From: Candidatus Saccharimonadales bacterium
Lineage (GTDB): Bacteria > Patescibacteriota > Saccharimonadia > Saccharimonadales > UBA7683
DNA: 64,000 nucleotides
Assembly (NCBI GenBank): GCA_046350615.1
Contig: JAXMAA010000001.1
Coordinates: 136,480-200,479 of the forward strand
Reading direction: 5' to 3'
Shown: positions 42,445 to 51,313 of the stretch, piece by piece
Layout of the letters: every line of letters starts with the position of its first letter
Numbering within the stretch: the first letter of the stretch is position 1
Notes under the pieces: model-generated
What the model was told of the DNA's origin: nothing
Databases searched by the model: none
Seen by the model: only the letters and a program-made list of their open reading frames with translations
Translations under genes and position numbers: made by a program

Positions 42445-45357
42445 TTACAGATTGGCTTCGTCTTCTTTTGAATGGTGAATGAGTCCTTGACGATCAATGT
42501 CAATCTGGCCACCCGTAAGTTCACTCGACTGAATCGCTGCATTTACGGCTGCAGATTGCTCACTCATTCCGGCACGTTCAGGTGCTTTAACCTGAACCAC
42601 TAACTCCTCAACAGGACGATCGCTAACGGGAACTGGTTGTTGAGACATCGCCAAGCCCGGAGCAGGCGTAGTAGATCCAGCATCTTGTAGGCTATTAAAC
42701 GCTGGCTTTACCGGCGCAGGAGAAACTGGTGTCAAAGCAGGCTTCTGAGCCATATCCTGTCGTCGCTTAGCAAGCCATTCATCAAGAAATGATGATGATC
42801 CCGGCTTTGGTGCCGAAGCCGCTCCTGAGGCACCCAGCCCATGCTGTGGAGCCTGTGCAGCTCCAAGTGATGGTTGCGCACCGAATGCCGGTCTACCGCC
42901 AAATGCAGGCTTTGGCGGTTCATTCGTCTTGAGTCGGTCAAATATCTCCTTCTCTACCACTGCGCGTGGTCGTCCATACTTGGCAGCAGAAAGACGTTTG
43001 AGAGCATCACCCAACTGCTTATTTGGGTTTCCGAGCGGTGGCAAGCTATCCATACTAAACGGTTGCGCGGGCACGCCATTAACCAACATTTGCACTGCCC
43101 AATTGTAATTTGGCATCTTGGTCATATCTTCCGTATCAAAAATTGGCGTGAAGTACTTCACCAAAAAGTCAGCATCATTAGCACCTGTTCGCGAACTGAC
43201 CACCGTACCAACGTTACCAAATACCGCATCACGAATTTCATCTGTTAATTGACCGACAAATTGGTTTGCTACAATTAGGCTCAGGTGATATTTACGAGCT
43301 TCAGAGAGAATGTCCGAGAACGTTTCTGTAGAAAAGTTCTGGAACTCATCAACATAGAGTGAGAAATCACGACGCTCAGATTCTGGCACATTCGCACGCC
43401 CCATCGCAGCAGCGTAAAATTTCATCACAAAGATCATCCCAAGAAGCTTGGCGTTTAACTCACCAGTTTTACCTTTACTCAAATTGACCAGTAGTATTTT
43501 ACCCTCATCCATTACCTGCCGTAAATCAAAAGCACTCTTGGTCTGACCAATGATGTTGCGCATCATCTCATTCGAAAGGAAGGCGCCGAACTTGCTTACA
43601 AACCAACTCTTTACTTCTCCGAACTCGTTAGAGCGCTCGCTGCCAGGCATTTCTTTAAGCCAAAAGTCTAGTACTGTTTGATCAGTAACATACTTGAGCT
43701 TTTGGTTTACAAATTGTTTGTCGTTGAATAACTTTGGAATATCAACAAACGTTCCTCCGTCAGGACCCGCCATAACGGTGAGTGCAGCGTTTCGAAAGAG
43801 ATGTTCATAACGGGGGCCAATAATGCCTTGCCGTTGTGGATCATACAACTTATAGAGCATATTGATCGCCTCTTGAATCAAAAAGTCGCGCTGCTCACGA
43901 TATTGAAACTCAAATAAGTTCAGACCAAGAGGAAAGTCCATCTCTCCTGGCGCAAAATAAATCACATCCTCTGCCCGCTCTTTTGGAACCATACTGAGTA
44001 ACGTTTCAGCGGTGTCACCATGCGGATCAATAAAAGCAAATCCTCTACCATCCAACATATCCTGCAACGCAAGGTTCTCAAGAAGCACGGACTTACCCGT
44101 ACCGGTCTGCCCGATGATGTACATGTGACGAGCTCTATCCTTATCACTGAGGCGAATCTCTTTTTGAGTTCCGCGAAACACATTGTAGCCAAGTAGCAGG
44201 CCTTTCTCGGGGATATTATTTGGGCCATCGACCTGCTTTGAAGCCTGACGCTGCAATTGAGAGGTTGGCGTGTTCTTCTGGTCAGGAAAATGAAAGAGTG
44301 TTGCAAGTTCAACACTATTAAGAATATTCTGATCTATTTCTGGTGGGAAAAATCTAAAAATAAATGCGGTCACAAAGTTTTCAATCACCTTAGCGGGAAC
44401 AAATTTAAATCCATTACGACCCTGCGCATCAAATAGCGAGAACGATGCAACGATGTTACTTAAAATAGCCTGAGAGCGAGCCGAAGTATTGGAAGATGCT
44501 ACGACCCGAATAAGTACCTCATATCCGGGATGTCTGGTCTTCTCCTCAATTGCATCAACGGTTGCCTGTTCAAGTGTGCTGAGCTGCTTATCTTCGGGTT
44601 TTACCTCCTTAACCTCTGGCGGCTTCCAAAGTGCCTCACCAACTCCAACCCAGTTAAGACCCGCTACGCCCTTTTTCTTACCTTTTTCTTTCCTGATTTT
44701 ACCTGCTGCGGCAATAGCATTCTTAGTCCAACCATCTGTTGCCGGCCGCAGTAATATCTGTATACCCGCACCATCCTCTTTCGTAAGTGTTGCAAGCGAA
44801 TTAAGAATTGATTGCATAGAGTCGCGCTTTGTATCTTGGAAAGTTGCAATTGGGTTAGCATAACTCTTTTTTAAAACAAGTTCTCCTCCGATAGTACCGC
44901 TAATGCGACCCGCCTCATTAAAGAGGTTATGCTCCTCGACCTCTTGCAGCCTCGCACTTGGATAGGCGCTTGTAACAGCTTGCTCAACCACAGGCACCAG
45001 GGCAATCGGAACTGCAGCATAGTAATTTATGACACCCTTTGTGGCAATTATTTCAAATGCAATATGCCGTTGGCCGTAGAATCTACTCTTGAAGCCTTTC
45101 GGCAATGCCGTGCTGGCAATAATATTGTAGAGAACCTGCGCCTTCGAAATCGTCTCCTCGGTGACATCACGAGCATCACGACCCCCCACCTCTATATCAT
45201 CGCTTAAAGGCGGTAGATGTATAAGTAATGGGACCATCTTAAGCCCACGCTCATAGTTTTTTGCTTCGCGAAGTATCTTTCGGTAATAAAAATATGCGAT
45301 CGAGCCGCCAATAACACCAACCACCAGAAGACTACCGAGTATCAGAATTACCTGCAT
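42445..45357 (-). CDS. Membrane-anchored VirD4/TraD/FtsK-HerA-superfamily ATPase (type IV coupling-protein-like)
   Basis: 970 aa. N-terminal TM; Walker A MYIIGQTGTGKS, then FIDPHGD; Walker B FSLYVDEFQNF; ANQF...; P/A/Q-rich disordered C-terminus. Confidence 0.7.
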   Translation of the reverse strand: MQVILILGSLLVVGVIGGSIAYFYYRKILREAKNYERGLKMVPLLIHLPPLSDDIEVGGRDARDVTEETISKAQVLYNIIASTALPKGFKSRFYGQRHIAFEIIATKGVINYYAAVPIALVPVVEQAVTSAYPSARLQEVEEHNLFNEAGRISGTIGGELVLKKSYANPIATFQDTKRDSMQSILNSLATLTKEDGAGIQILLRPATDGWTKNAIAAAGKIRKEKGKKKGVAGLNWVGVGEALWKPPEVKEVKPEDKQLSTLEQATVDAIEEKTRHPGYEVLIRVVASSNTSARSQAILSNIVASFSLFDAQGRNGFKFVPAKVIENFVTAFIFRFFPPEIDQNILNSVELATLFHFPDQKNTPTSQLQRQASKQVDGPNNIPEKGLLLGYNVFRGTQKEIRLSDKDRARHMYIIGQTGTGKSVLLENLALQDMLDGRGFAFIDPHGDTAETLLSMVPKERAEDVIYFAPGEMDFPLGLNLFEFQYREQRDFLIQEAINMLYKLYDPQRQGIIGPRYEHLFRNAALTVMAGPDGGTFVDIPKLFNDKQFVNQKLKYVTDQTVLDFWLKEMPGSERSNEFGEVKSWFVSKFGAFLSNEMMRNIIGQTKSAFDLRQVMDEGKILLVNLSKGKTGELNAKLLGMIFVMKFYAAAMGRANVPESERRDFSLYVDEFQNFSTETFSDILSEARKYHLSLIVANQFVGQLTDEIRDAVFGNVGTVVSSRTGANDADFLVKYFTPIFDTEDMTKMPNYNWAVQMLVNGVPAQPFSMDSLPPLGNPNKQLGDALKRLSAAKYGRPRAVVEKEIFDRLKTNEPPKPAFGGRPAFGAQPSLGAAQAPQHGLGASGAASAPKPGSSSFLDEWLAKRRQDMAQKPALTPVSPAPVKPAFNSLQDAGSTTPAPGLAMSQQPVPVSDRPVEELVVQVKAPERAGMSEQSAAVNAAIQSSELTGGQIDIDRQGLIHHSKEDEANL

Positions 45358-45361
45358 ACAG

Positions 45362-45772
45362 CTAATCCGAAAGCTTTACCTGTTTGTTATAGCGCTTCAT
45401 AAGATACGTTGCCTGTAACTTACTCACCTCTTTCTCTTGCTGGTGCGGGTTGTCTTTGGTGGCACTTACTATCTTTTTTGCTTTATCAACCCACTCTTTT
45501 TCGATAACATCAACATCATCAGCAATTTGTGGATCAGGAATCATCTGTGCTTGCTGCGGATCAGGCAAGGCTGTTACTTGACTAGCCGGGCTAGATGCAG
45601 GCTGTTGCAGGGGTGGCTGTGACAGGGATGGACTCGCCAAACCCTCTCGTGGCTGCTCTGGTGCCGCATTCGGTGCACTCTCAGCAGAAGAAACCTGTGG
45701 TAAAACAGGCTGGAGATCTTGGCTTGGCGCAGTACTTTCCAAGCTATCAGGACGAGGCAAAACTGGTTCCAT
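45362..45772 (-). CDS. Hypothetical protein with a P/Q-rich N-terminus and a conserved-looking helical C-terminus
   Basis: 136 aa. Translationally adjacent: its stop is 5 nt upstream of the start of the ATPase gene. Confidence 0.5.
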   Translation of the reverse strand: MEPVLPRPDSLESTAPSQDLQPVLPQVSSAESAPNAAPEQPREGLASPSLSQPPLQQPASSPASQVTALPDPQQAQMIPDPQIADDVDVIEKEWVDKAKKIVSATKDNPHQQEKEVSKLQATYLMKRYNKQVKLSD

Positions 45773-45813
45773 ATCTGAGCACTAGTATAGCAGAAATAGA
45801 TCTGATTTTGCAG

Positions 45814-46212
45814 CTAGAACCGGCGCAATAAATAGAAATTGAGAACAATCTCAAGTACCACCGTCAGGGCTATGTCGACAAGCTGTAGCTGCCTCAGTGT
45901 CTGCAAGCCCACAAGGAACACACACCCTAGAGCAATGACGACTGATGTATATAACAATCGTAAGTTCGAAAACGCCTTTAGCTTTAGTATCTTAGCAGCA
46001 AACTCAATCACAATATGGGAAGACGCCACGAATAAAGTGAACAGTAACGCCAGAAAGAGGAGAATAGCCATCGGGCCGCCCTCACCAGGATTAGTGGTGG
46101 TAAGCACCGCAACAATGCCAAGGATCGATAAAAATCCTACTACGAAAGGAGTTTTTCTATAACTAGGCAGTGATTGCCCTGAACCAGAGTCAGTATCTTC
46201 TAAAGCACGCAT
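45814..46212 (-). CDS. Small polytopic membrane protein
   Basis: 132 aa with three or four hydrophobic helices (FVVGFLSILGIVAVL, ILLFLALLFTLFVA, VVIALGCVFLVGL...). Confidence 0.55.
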   Translation of the reverse strand: MRALEDTDSGSGQSLPSYRKTPFVVGFLSILGIVAVLTTTNPGEGGPMAILLFLALLFTLFVASSHIVIEFAAKILKLKAFSNLRLLYTSVVIALGCVFLVGLQTLRQLQLVDIALTVVLEIVLNFYLLRRF

Positions 46213-46806
46213 CTGTAATTTATTTTAATCACTCCACTTAGTATTGTATAGACTTTGTAAAAACTAAAAAGCTAGAGCACAAATCCGCCAACGTAATAGA
46301 CTATTGTAGCGCTTGTGAACTCTAGCTGTGACTGACCGCTCTCAATCAAGAGAGCGCCATCGCTGCCCATGCAGCTGAAAATTGAATGTAAGGTGGTGCT
46401 CAATATGAGCCTTTTTAAGCATAACAAGTATGATTAAAAATTGCAAGTATATTTTAAAGTATAATTAACAACAATATGGATCAAATATCCAATAATTAAT
46501 GTTGTTATATTAACATTTTGTTTAATTTTAGTCCTGTTAAAAAACGATGTCTCAAGATTTATTGTGCAGTCTATGTGTCATTTATGCTTATATTGATAAA
46601 ACTTGCCACCAAATAACTACCCCAGCACTGGCTATCACTACTCAACACCGAGCCACAGCAACTAGCTAAAGCGGTGTATTTTTTCGTTTAGATCTCAAGA
46701 CTCCACCGCTATCAACCTGAACGTTTAGTCAAAATCAAGTATACATGCCGTTATTAAAAGTTCGTGAACATAATATATTTATATCCATCCCTCAAACCCT
46801 CCTGCC

Positions 46807-46854
46807 CGTCATTCCCGTACTCAATCGGTGTCAAGCATGAACTCTGGCGAGAAT
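46807..46854 (+). repeat. Long variant of the CGTCAT(T/C)C...GAATCCAG element, interrupted by the IS
   Basis: cgtcattcccgtactcaatcgg...ggcgagaat is followed by the IS, and ccag resumes at 47961. Confidence 0.4.
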
Positions 46855-47956
46855 CCGTATTAACCGCATAATTTCGGTTGACCCTCACTTGCACTGCTCA
46901 CGACCTGCCATCTGTAAAAAGGGCTGGATAATCATGGGTGGCTGTGCTTTTCTGGTGTATGGAAATACGACAACAAAAAAGCACCTGCTGCAGCGCCCGT
47001 GTGCGACGCTACGGTGGCAAACGAAGACAATGTGCCGCCTGTAAACAAACCTGGAGAGTATACCCTGCAAAACGAGGTCCAAAAAAGAGGCGGCCAGATG
47101 TACATCTACTTGAGCTGTACCGGTGTAACTGTATTGGGTCGCTTGCTGCTCATGCTCAGCGCACAAGCTACACACCGTCTACCATCCAGCGAAGGGTCGT
47201 TTCTGCTCGGGAAAGTGTCGTTCGTGCTGCCGCCAAAGAGTCTATGACCTGCGTAGAGCCTCATATCCTTCTTGCAGATGCACTGCATCAAAAGATAGGT
47301 GCGGTGCAGTACGTTACATATCTCATTCTCGTACGCCCGCTCCGGAGTAATCGGGCTGCAGTGTGCGCCACCACAACGGCTCGAGGTGCTGAAACCGGCA
47401 TTGGGTGGCAAAGAGCACTCTCGCATGTTCCCTCAGAGATGCTTGCTCAAACAAGAGCACTCGTCAGCGATGGACATCGGGGGCTCCTACGTATTGCGAG
47501 GCAGCGAGGCTGGGTGCAGCAACGATGCTGCTTTCATGTACTGAAAGAGCTCAACAAGAACATGCGACTATGGCACCGAGCTACACCCGAGACATACTGG
47601 GTGCATGAACTGGTGCATATAGTACTGGAGTCACCCGATGACGAGCGGGTCTCTAGGGTGCTCGGGCTATTGAGTGATTATGCGATGCAAACACCCAGAA
47701 CCGAAGTTGCAAGTATTTTACGAGGATTAGTACAAAACTTCCGAGACTACCGAAGCTATCTATACTATCCAGAGTTGCATTTACCCGCAACCAACAATAG
47801 CTGTGAATCTAGCTTTCGAAGAGTACGGGCACTGCAAAACAAGGCTCGAGGTTGGCGTACACCAACTGCCTACGAAGGATGGGTTACCTATGTACTGCGC
47901 AACTCAAAGGACGTACAGTGCTTAGAGGGTCAACCGAAATTATGCGGTTAATACGG
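46855..47956 (+). mobile_element. Insertion sequence (about 1.1 kb) with perfect 32-bp terminal inverted repeats
   Basis: Left end ccgtattaaccgcataatttcggttgaccctc (46855-46886) is the exact reverse complement of gagggtcaaccgaaattatgcggttaatacgg (47925-47956). GAAT flanks both ends. A single transposase ORF ends inside the right IR. Confidence 0.9.
46938..47951 (+). CDS. DDE transposase with an N-terminal zinc ribbon (IS256/Mutator-like catalytic motifs)
   Basis: 337 aa. CCSARVRRYGG..CAACKQTW; LLADALHQK (DAxxxK), LVSDGHRGL (SDxHxGL), ATNNSCESSFRRVR (TNxxES). Confidence 0.75.
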   Translation: MAVLFWCMEIRQQKSTCCSARVRRYGGKRRQCAACKQTWRVYPAKRGPKKRRPDVHLLELYRCNCIGSLAAHAQRTSYTPSTIQRRVVSARESVVRAAAKESMTCVEPHILLADALHQKIGAVQYVTYLILVRPLRSNRAAVCATTTARGAETGIGWQRALSHVPSEMLAQTRALVSDGHRGLLRIARQRGWVQQRCCFHVLKELNKNMRLWHRATPETYWVHELVHIVLESPDDERVSRVLGLLSDYAMQTPRTEVASILRGLVQNFRDYRSYLYYPELHLPATNNSCESSFRRVRALQNKARGWRTPTAYEGWVTYVLRNSKDVQCLEGQPKLCG

Positions 47957-47974
47957 GAATCCAGTTCAGATACT

Positions 47975-48002
47975 AGATCCCGGATCAAGTCCGGGATGAC
48001 AC
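47975..48002 (-). repeat. Member of the CGTCATCC...GGATC hairpin repeat family
   Basis: The reverse complement is gtgtcatcccggacttgatccgggatct. Confidence 0.5.
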
Positions 48003-48484
48003 CGGTGAGTTTTGAGAGTCAGTTATTTATAGATTGACCAAATTTTTCGCCAAACTCAACATGTCAAAGCCAATGAGTTGGTGATTTATGATTCAGGCAC
48101 ATTTTTAAGCCGAACCCAACACCGACTGCAGCGCGCTCAAGTTAATTGCTACTTCAGTTTAATACCAATCACCGCTAGGCAGCTTGTATGCTTCGATTAA
48201 AAAGATGTTCATAAAGATAGTAGATAAGAAATCGGAGTATGGCCAAATACCGTGCAACTATACATTGGGGTTTGCCCTATAAAGAAGCTATTGATCACGC
48301 CCCGCACATTGACGCCCCGATGCACCGCAAAATGCACACCGAGCTACCATAGCACTAACATTTTTCGTAGCTTGGAGTCAGTGACTGCGTAGCAAATAAT
48401 TCTATGGCAAGACATTCTCAGGAATTGCTAGAAGCTAAGTAGATTATATGTGGATAACTACTTTTAAATTTCTTTCATTTTTGT

Positions 48485-48513
48485 GTTGACATAACCTTTT
48501 TGGAGGCCTATTA
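48485..48513 (+). promoter_or_regulatory. Near-consensus sigma70-type promoter
   Basis: TTGACA (48485-48490), a 17-nt spacer, then TATTAT (48508-48513). Confidence 0.55.
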
Positions 48514-48518
48514 TGATA

Positions 48519-48600
48519 GTGGTACTTGAATAAAAAAAGTACTCAAAACAAAAAGATAAACCCTTGAAACAACGGCTCCTCGCAGGCCGTTGTTTTCTAT
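48519..48600 (+). ncRNA. Candidate small RNA or leader/attenuator upstream of comM-like gene
   Basis: The region downstream of the promoter has hairpin gtact-N11-agtac and a terminator acaacggc-tcctcgcag-gccgttgt followed by TTTTCT. It ends about 50 nt before the 48649 start. Confidence 0.4.
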
Positions 48601-48648
48601 TTCATATCTGTTATTATGGAACTGAAAACCTAAGCATAAGGGGCATGC

Positions 48649-50154
48649 ATGGTAACAGCAAAAGTATTTTCGGCGGCAAATATTGGGTTTGAGGGAAGAC
48701 TAATTGAGATTGAGTGCGATGCGACGAACGGTCTTCCCGGCATAGTGATCGTTGGGCTTGCAAATAAAGCAATAGACGAAGCCAAAGAGCGCCTCCGAAG
48801 TAGTATTAAAAATAGCGACCTAGTTATGCCGAGAAAGCGAATCACACTCAACCTGGCACCAGCCGATTTGCCCAAAGACGGCTCATGCTACGACCTCCCT
48901 CTCGCCATTGCAGTACTTGCAACCAGCCAGCAAATTAAAAAAGAGTTGCTCGTTGACTCTCTTTTTGTTGGCGAACTGTCCCTTAGTGGCAGTCTCAGAC
49001 CGATTCGTGGAGCTATTACCCACACGGAGGTCGCAAAATTGGAAGGCTTCAAACGAATTTTCGTACCAGAAGCATCCGCAAAACAAGCAGCACTTATAGA
49101 TGGTATTGAGGTGATACCCGTAAAGAACCTTCTGGAACTATGTCGGCACCTAAATGGAGAAAAAAGCATAGCTCCTCAGCCCCCTACTGCAGCTGAAACA
49201 AAACAACATAAAAAATCAGTCGATTTTTCAGACATTTATGGTCAGACATCGGCAAAACGTGCTCTAGAAATTGCAGTGGCAGGGCATCATAATATCTTGC
49301 TCAGCGGCCCCCCGGGCGCCGGTAAGACTATGATGGCTCGTGCGCTCCTCTCTATCCTACCTCCACCCTCGACCGAAGAAATCATCGCAATAACAAAGCT
49401 CCACAGCCTTGCAGGAGAGTTAACCGAAGAAATATATCAATCACGCCCTTTTCGAACACCACACCATACCAGCAGCAGCGTTGCACTTATTGGGGGCGGA
49501 AGAAATCCAAGACCAGGTGAAATTAGCTTAGCGCACAAAGGAATTTTGTTTCTAGATGAATTTCCCGAATATACCAGATCATCACTCGAGGCGCTCAGAC
49601 AGCCCCTTGAGGATCGGACCGTAACTATTGCTCGAGCACAAGACACCGTCGCATTTCCTGCCGATTTTATGCTCGTTGCAACCCAAAACCCCTGCCCTTG
49701 TGGCTATTATATGGATCCTGATCATACGTGCAGCTGCACACCACACCAAATTAACCAGTACAGCAAGAAGATATCTGGACCACTTCTAGATCGCATCGAC
49801 CTCGTAGTAGCCGTTCAAAAGGTTGAACACAAACACCTTCTTCCCGATCAAACACTGTCAAGCGAGAGCAAACAGATCAGTGAACGAATTAATCACGCTC
49901 GAAAAAAGCAGTTAGGACGATTTGAGAGTAATCATAAAGTCAACGCCCACATGAGTAATCGAGATATAGTCGAGAAAGCGCAACTCGCAAAAGAGGCTAA
50001 GCTTTTTCTGGAAACGGCTGCACAAAAATTAGGCCTATCCGCCAGAGGCTATATGAAAGTTATTAGAGTTGGCCGAACAATTGCAGATATCGAAGGATGC
50101 GACGCAGTTGAAACGAGTCATATTAGCGAGGCATTACAATACAGACCCCGTTGA
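48649..50154 (+). CDS. comM: YifB/ComM-family Mg-chelatase-like ATPase
   Basis: 501 aa. N-terminal Lon-protease-like domain, Walker A LLSGPPGAGKTMMA, ILFLDEFPE, and a C-terminal ChlI-like region. Confidence 0.9.
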   Translation: MVTAKVFSAANIGFEGRLIEIECDATNGLPGIVIVGLANKAIDEAKERLRSSIKNSDLVMPRKRITLNLAPADLPKDGSCYDLPLAIAVLATSQQIKKELLVDSLFVGELSLSGSLRPIRGAITHTEVAKLEGFKRIFVPEASAKQAALIDGIEVIPVKNLLELCRHLNGEKSIAPQPPTAAETKQHKKSVDFSDIYGQTSAKRALEIAVAGHHNILLSGPPGAGKTMMARALLSILPPPSTEEIIAITKLHSLAGELTEEIYQSRPFRTPHHTSSSVALIGGGRNPRPGEISLAHKGILFLDEFPEYTRSSLEALRQPLEDRTVTIARAQDTVAFPADFMLVATQNPCPCGYYMDPDHTCSCTPHQINQYSKKISGPLLDRIDLVVAVQKVEHKHLLPDQTLSSESKQISERINHARKKQLGRFESNHKVNAHMSNRDIVEKAQLAKEAKLFLETAAQKLGLSARGYMKVIRVGRTIADIEGCDAVETSHISEALQYRPR

Positions 50155-50217
50155 ACTCCTGTTGCTACTGTGCTATACTTTGCTCCAAAGATTTGAAAGT
50201 ATTAACAGGAGTAACAT

Positions 50218-50742
50218 ATCAAACAACCGCAAACGCGCCTGAATCACGCAATCCGTGCGAATGAACTCAGGGTCATTGATGAAAACGGCAACCAAGCCGG
50301 AGTCTTAACACGGAGCGAGGCACTGCAACGGGCCGAGCTTGCCGGTCTTGATCTGGTTGAAGTCTCACCAAATGCAAATCCACCAGTTGCTCGTATTGTT
50401 GACTGGGGTAAATACAACTACCAGAAGACTAAGCAGCTCCAGAAGCAAAAAAAGCTTGCAAAAGTTGTTGACCTAAAACAGATTCGACTTGGCATGCGAA
50501 TTGGAGATAACGATCTTGAAATAAAGATCGGACGCGCAAGAAAGTTTCTAGAGGCTGGTCATAAGGTTAAAGTTATGTTACTCTATAGGGGTAGAGAAAA
50601 TGCTCACAAAGAGCTTGGGTTCACCTTATTCGAACGAATCACCTCAAAACTAGAGGATATCGCAGTAGTGGACCAACCGGCACAACTGGCCGGACGTAAT
50701 TTAACTATCACCTATAGGAGATCTACGAATGCCAAAAATTAA
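50218..50742 (+). CDS. infC: Translation initiation factor IF-3 with a non-AUG (ATC) start
   Basis: The frame is open from the stop at 50212-50214. AGGAG lies 6 nt before ATC 50218-50220. Product (M)[28 protein letters not shown]...; the track shows only the 50494 Met-start fragment. Confidence 0.85.
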   Translation: MKQPQTRLNHAIRANELRVIDENGNQAGVLTRSEALQRAELAGLDLVEVSPNANPPVARIVDWGKYNYQKTKQLQKQKKLAKVVDLKQIRLGMRIGDNDLEIKIGRARKFLEAGHKVKVMLLYRGRENAHKELGFTLFERITSKLEDIAVVDQPAQLAGRNLTITYRRSTNAKN

Positions 50743-50923
50743 GACCCACAAGGGCACCACAAAGCGTGTACGCACATCTGCGACCGGTAAATTACTCCGT
50801 GAACGCGCTTTCAAGAACCATTTGCTAGCTAAAAAATCTGCTGGCCGAAAACGGAACAATGCCGGATCTCAATCTGTTAGTAGCGGTGATAAGAATAAGA
50901 TTAAACGTGCGCTTGGTGCGTAA
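50729..50923 (+). CDS. rpmI: 50S ribosomal protein L35
   Basis: [33 protein letters not shown]; 64 aa. Confidence 0.95.
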   Translation: MPKIKTHKGTTKRVRTSATGKLLRERAFKNHLLAKKSAGRKRNNAGSQSVSSGDKNKIKRALGA

Positions 50924-50946
50924 GAAACAATCGTTAAGGAGTTAGT

Positions 50947-51291
50947 ATGCGAGTGAAACGAGGCGTTACCAGCCACCAGAAACACAAGAAAGTTATTAAA
51001 CAAGCAAAAGGCATGCAACGTGCCAGGCGAAGCTCTATCAAGCTCGCTCGTCAGGGTGTTATTCGTGCCCTTCAGTATGCGTACCGAGATCGCCGCAACA
51101 AAAAACGTGATCTTCGCGGCCTCTGGATTACCCGCATTAACGCTGCCGTACGTGAACACGGCGTCAGCTACAGTGCCTTCATGGCAAGCCTCAAGAAGAA
51201 CAACGTAGAAATTGATCGTAAAATCCTCTCTGAACTGGCTGTTAATCATCCAAAAGCCATTGAAACACTCGTAAAACTCGGCTCTAAATAA
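50947..51291 (+). CDS. rplT: 50S ribosomal protein L20
   Basis: [22 protein letters not shown]...[24 protein letters not shown]; 114 aa. Confidence 0.95.
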   Translation: MRVKRGVTSHQKHKKVIKQAKGMQRARRSSIKLARQGVIRALQYAYRDRRNKKRDLRGLWITRINAAVREHGVSYSAFMASLKKNNVEIDRKILSELAVNHPKAIETLVKLGSK

Positions 51292-51313
51292 TATCTCTGG
51301 TATACTTGGCAAT

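Noticed and set aside
48451-48459. Perfect DnaA box (tgtggataa), and the idea that the gyrB-proximal or comM-proximal spacers (39185-39400, 48000-48650) are oriC.
   Set aside because: There is only one perfect 9-mer in the window, which is compatible with chance. No cluster of boxes, no dnaA or dnaN nearby, and no AT-rich DUE repeats next to it.
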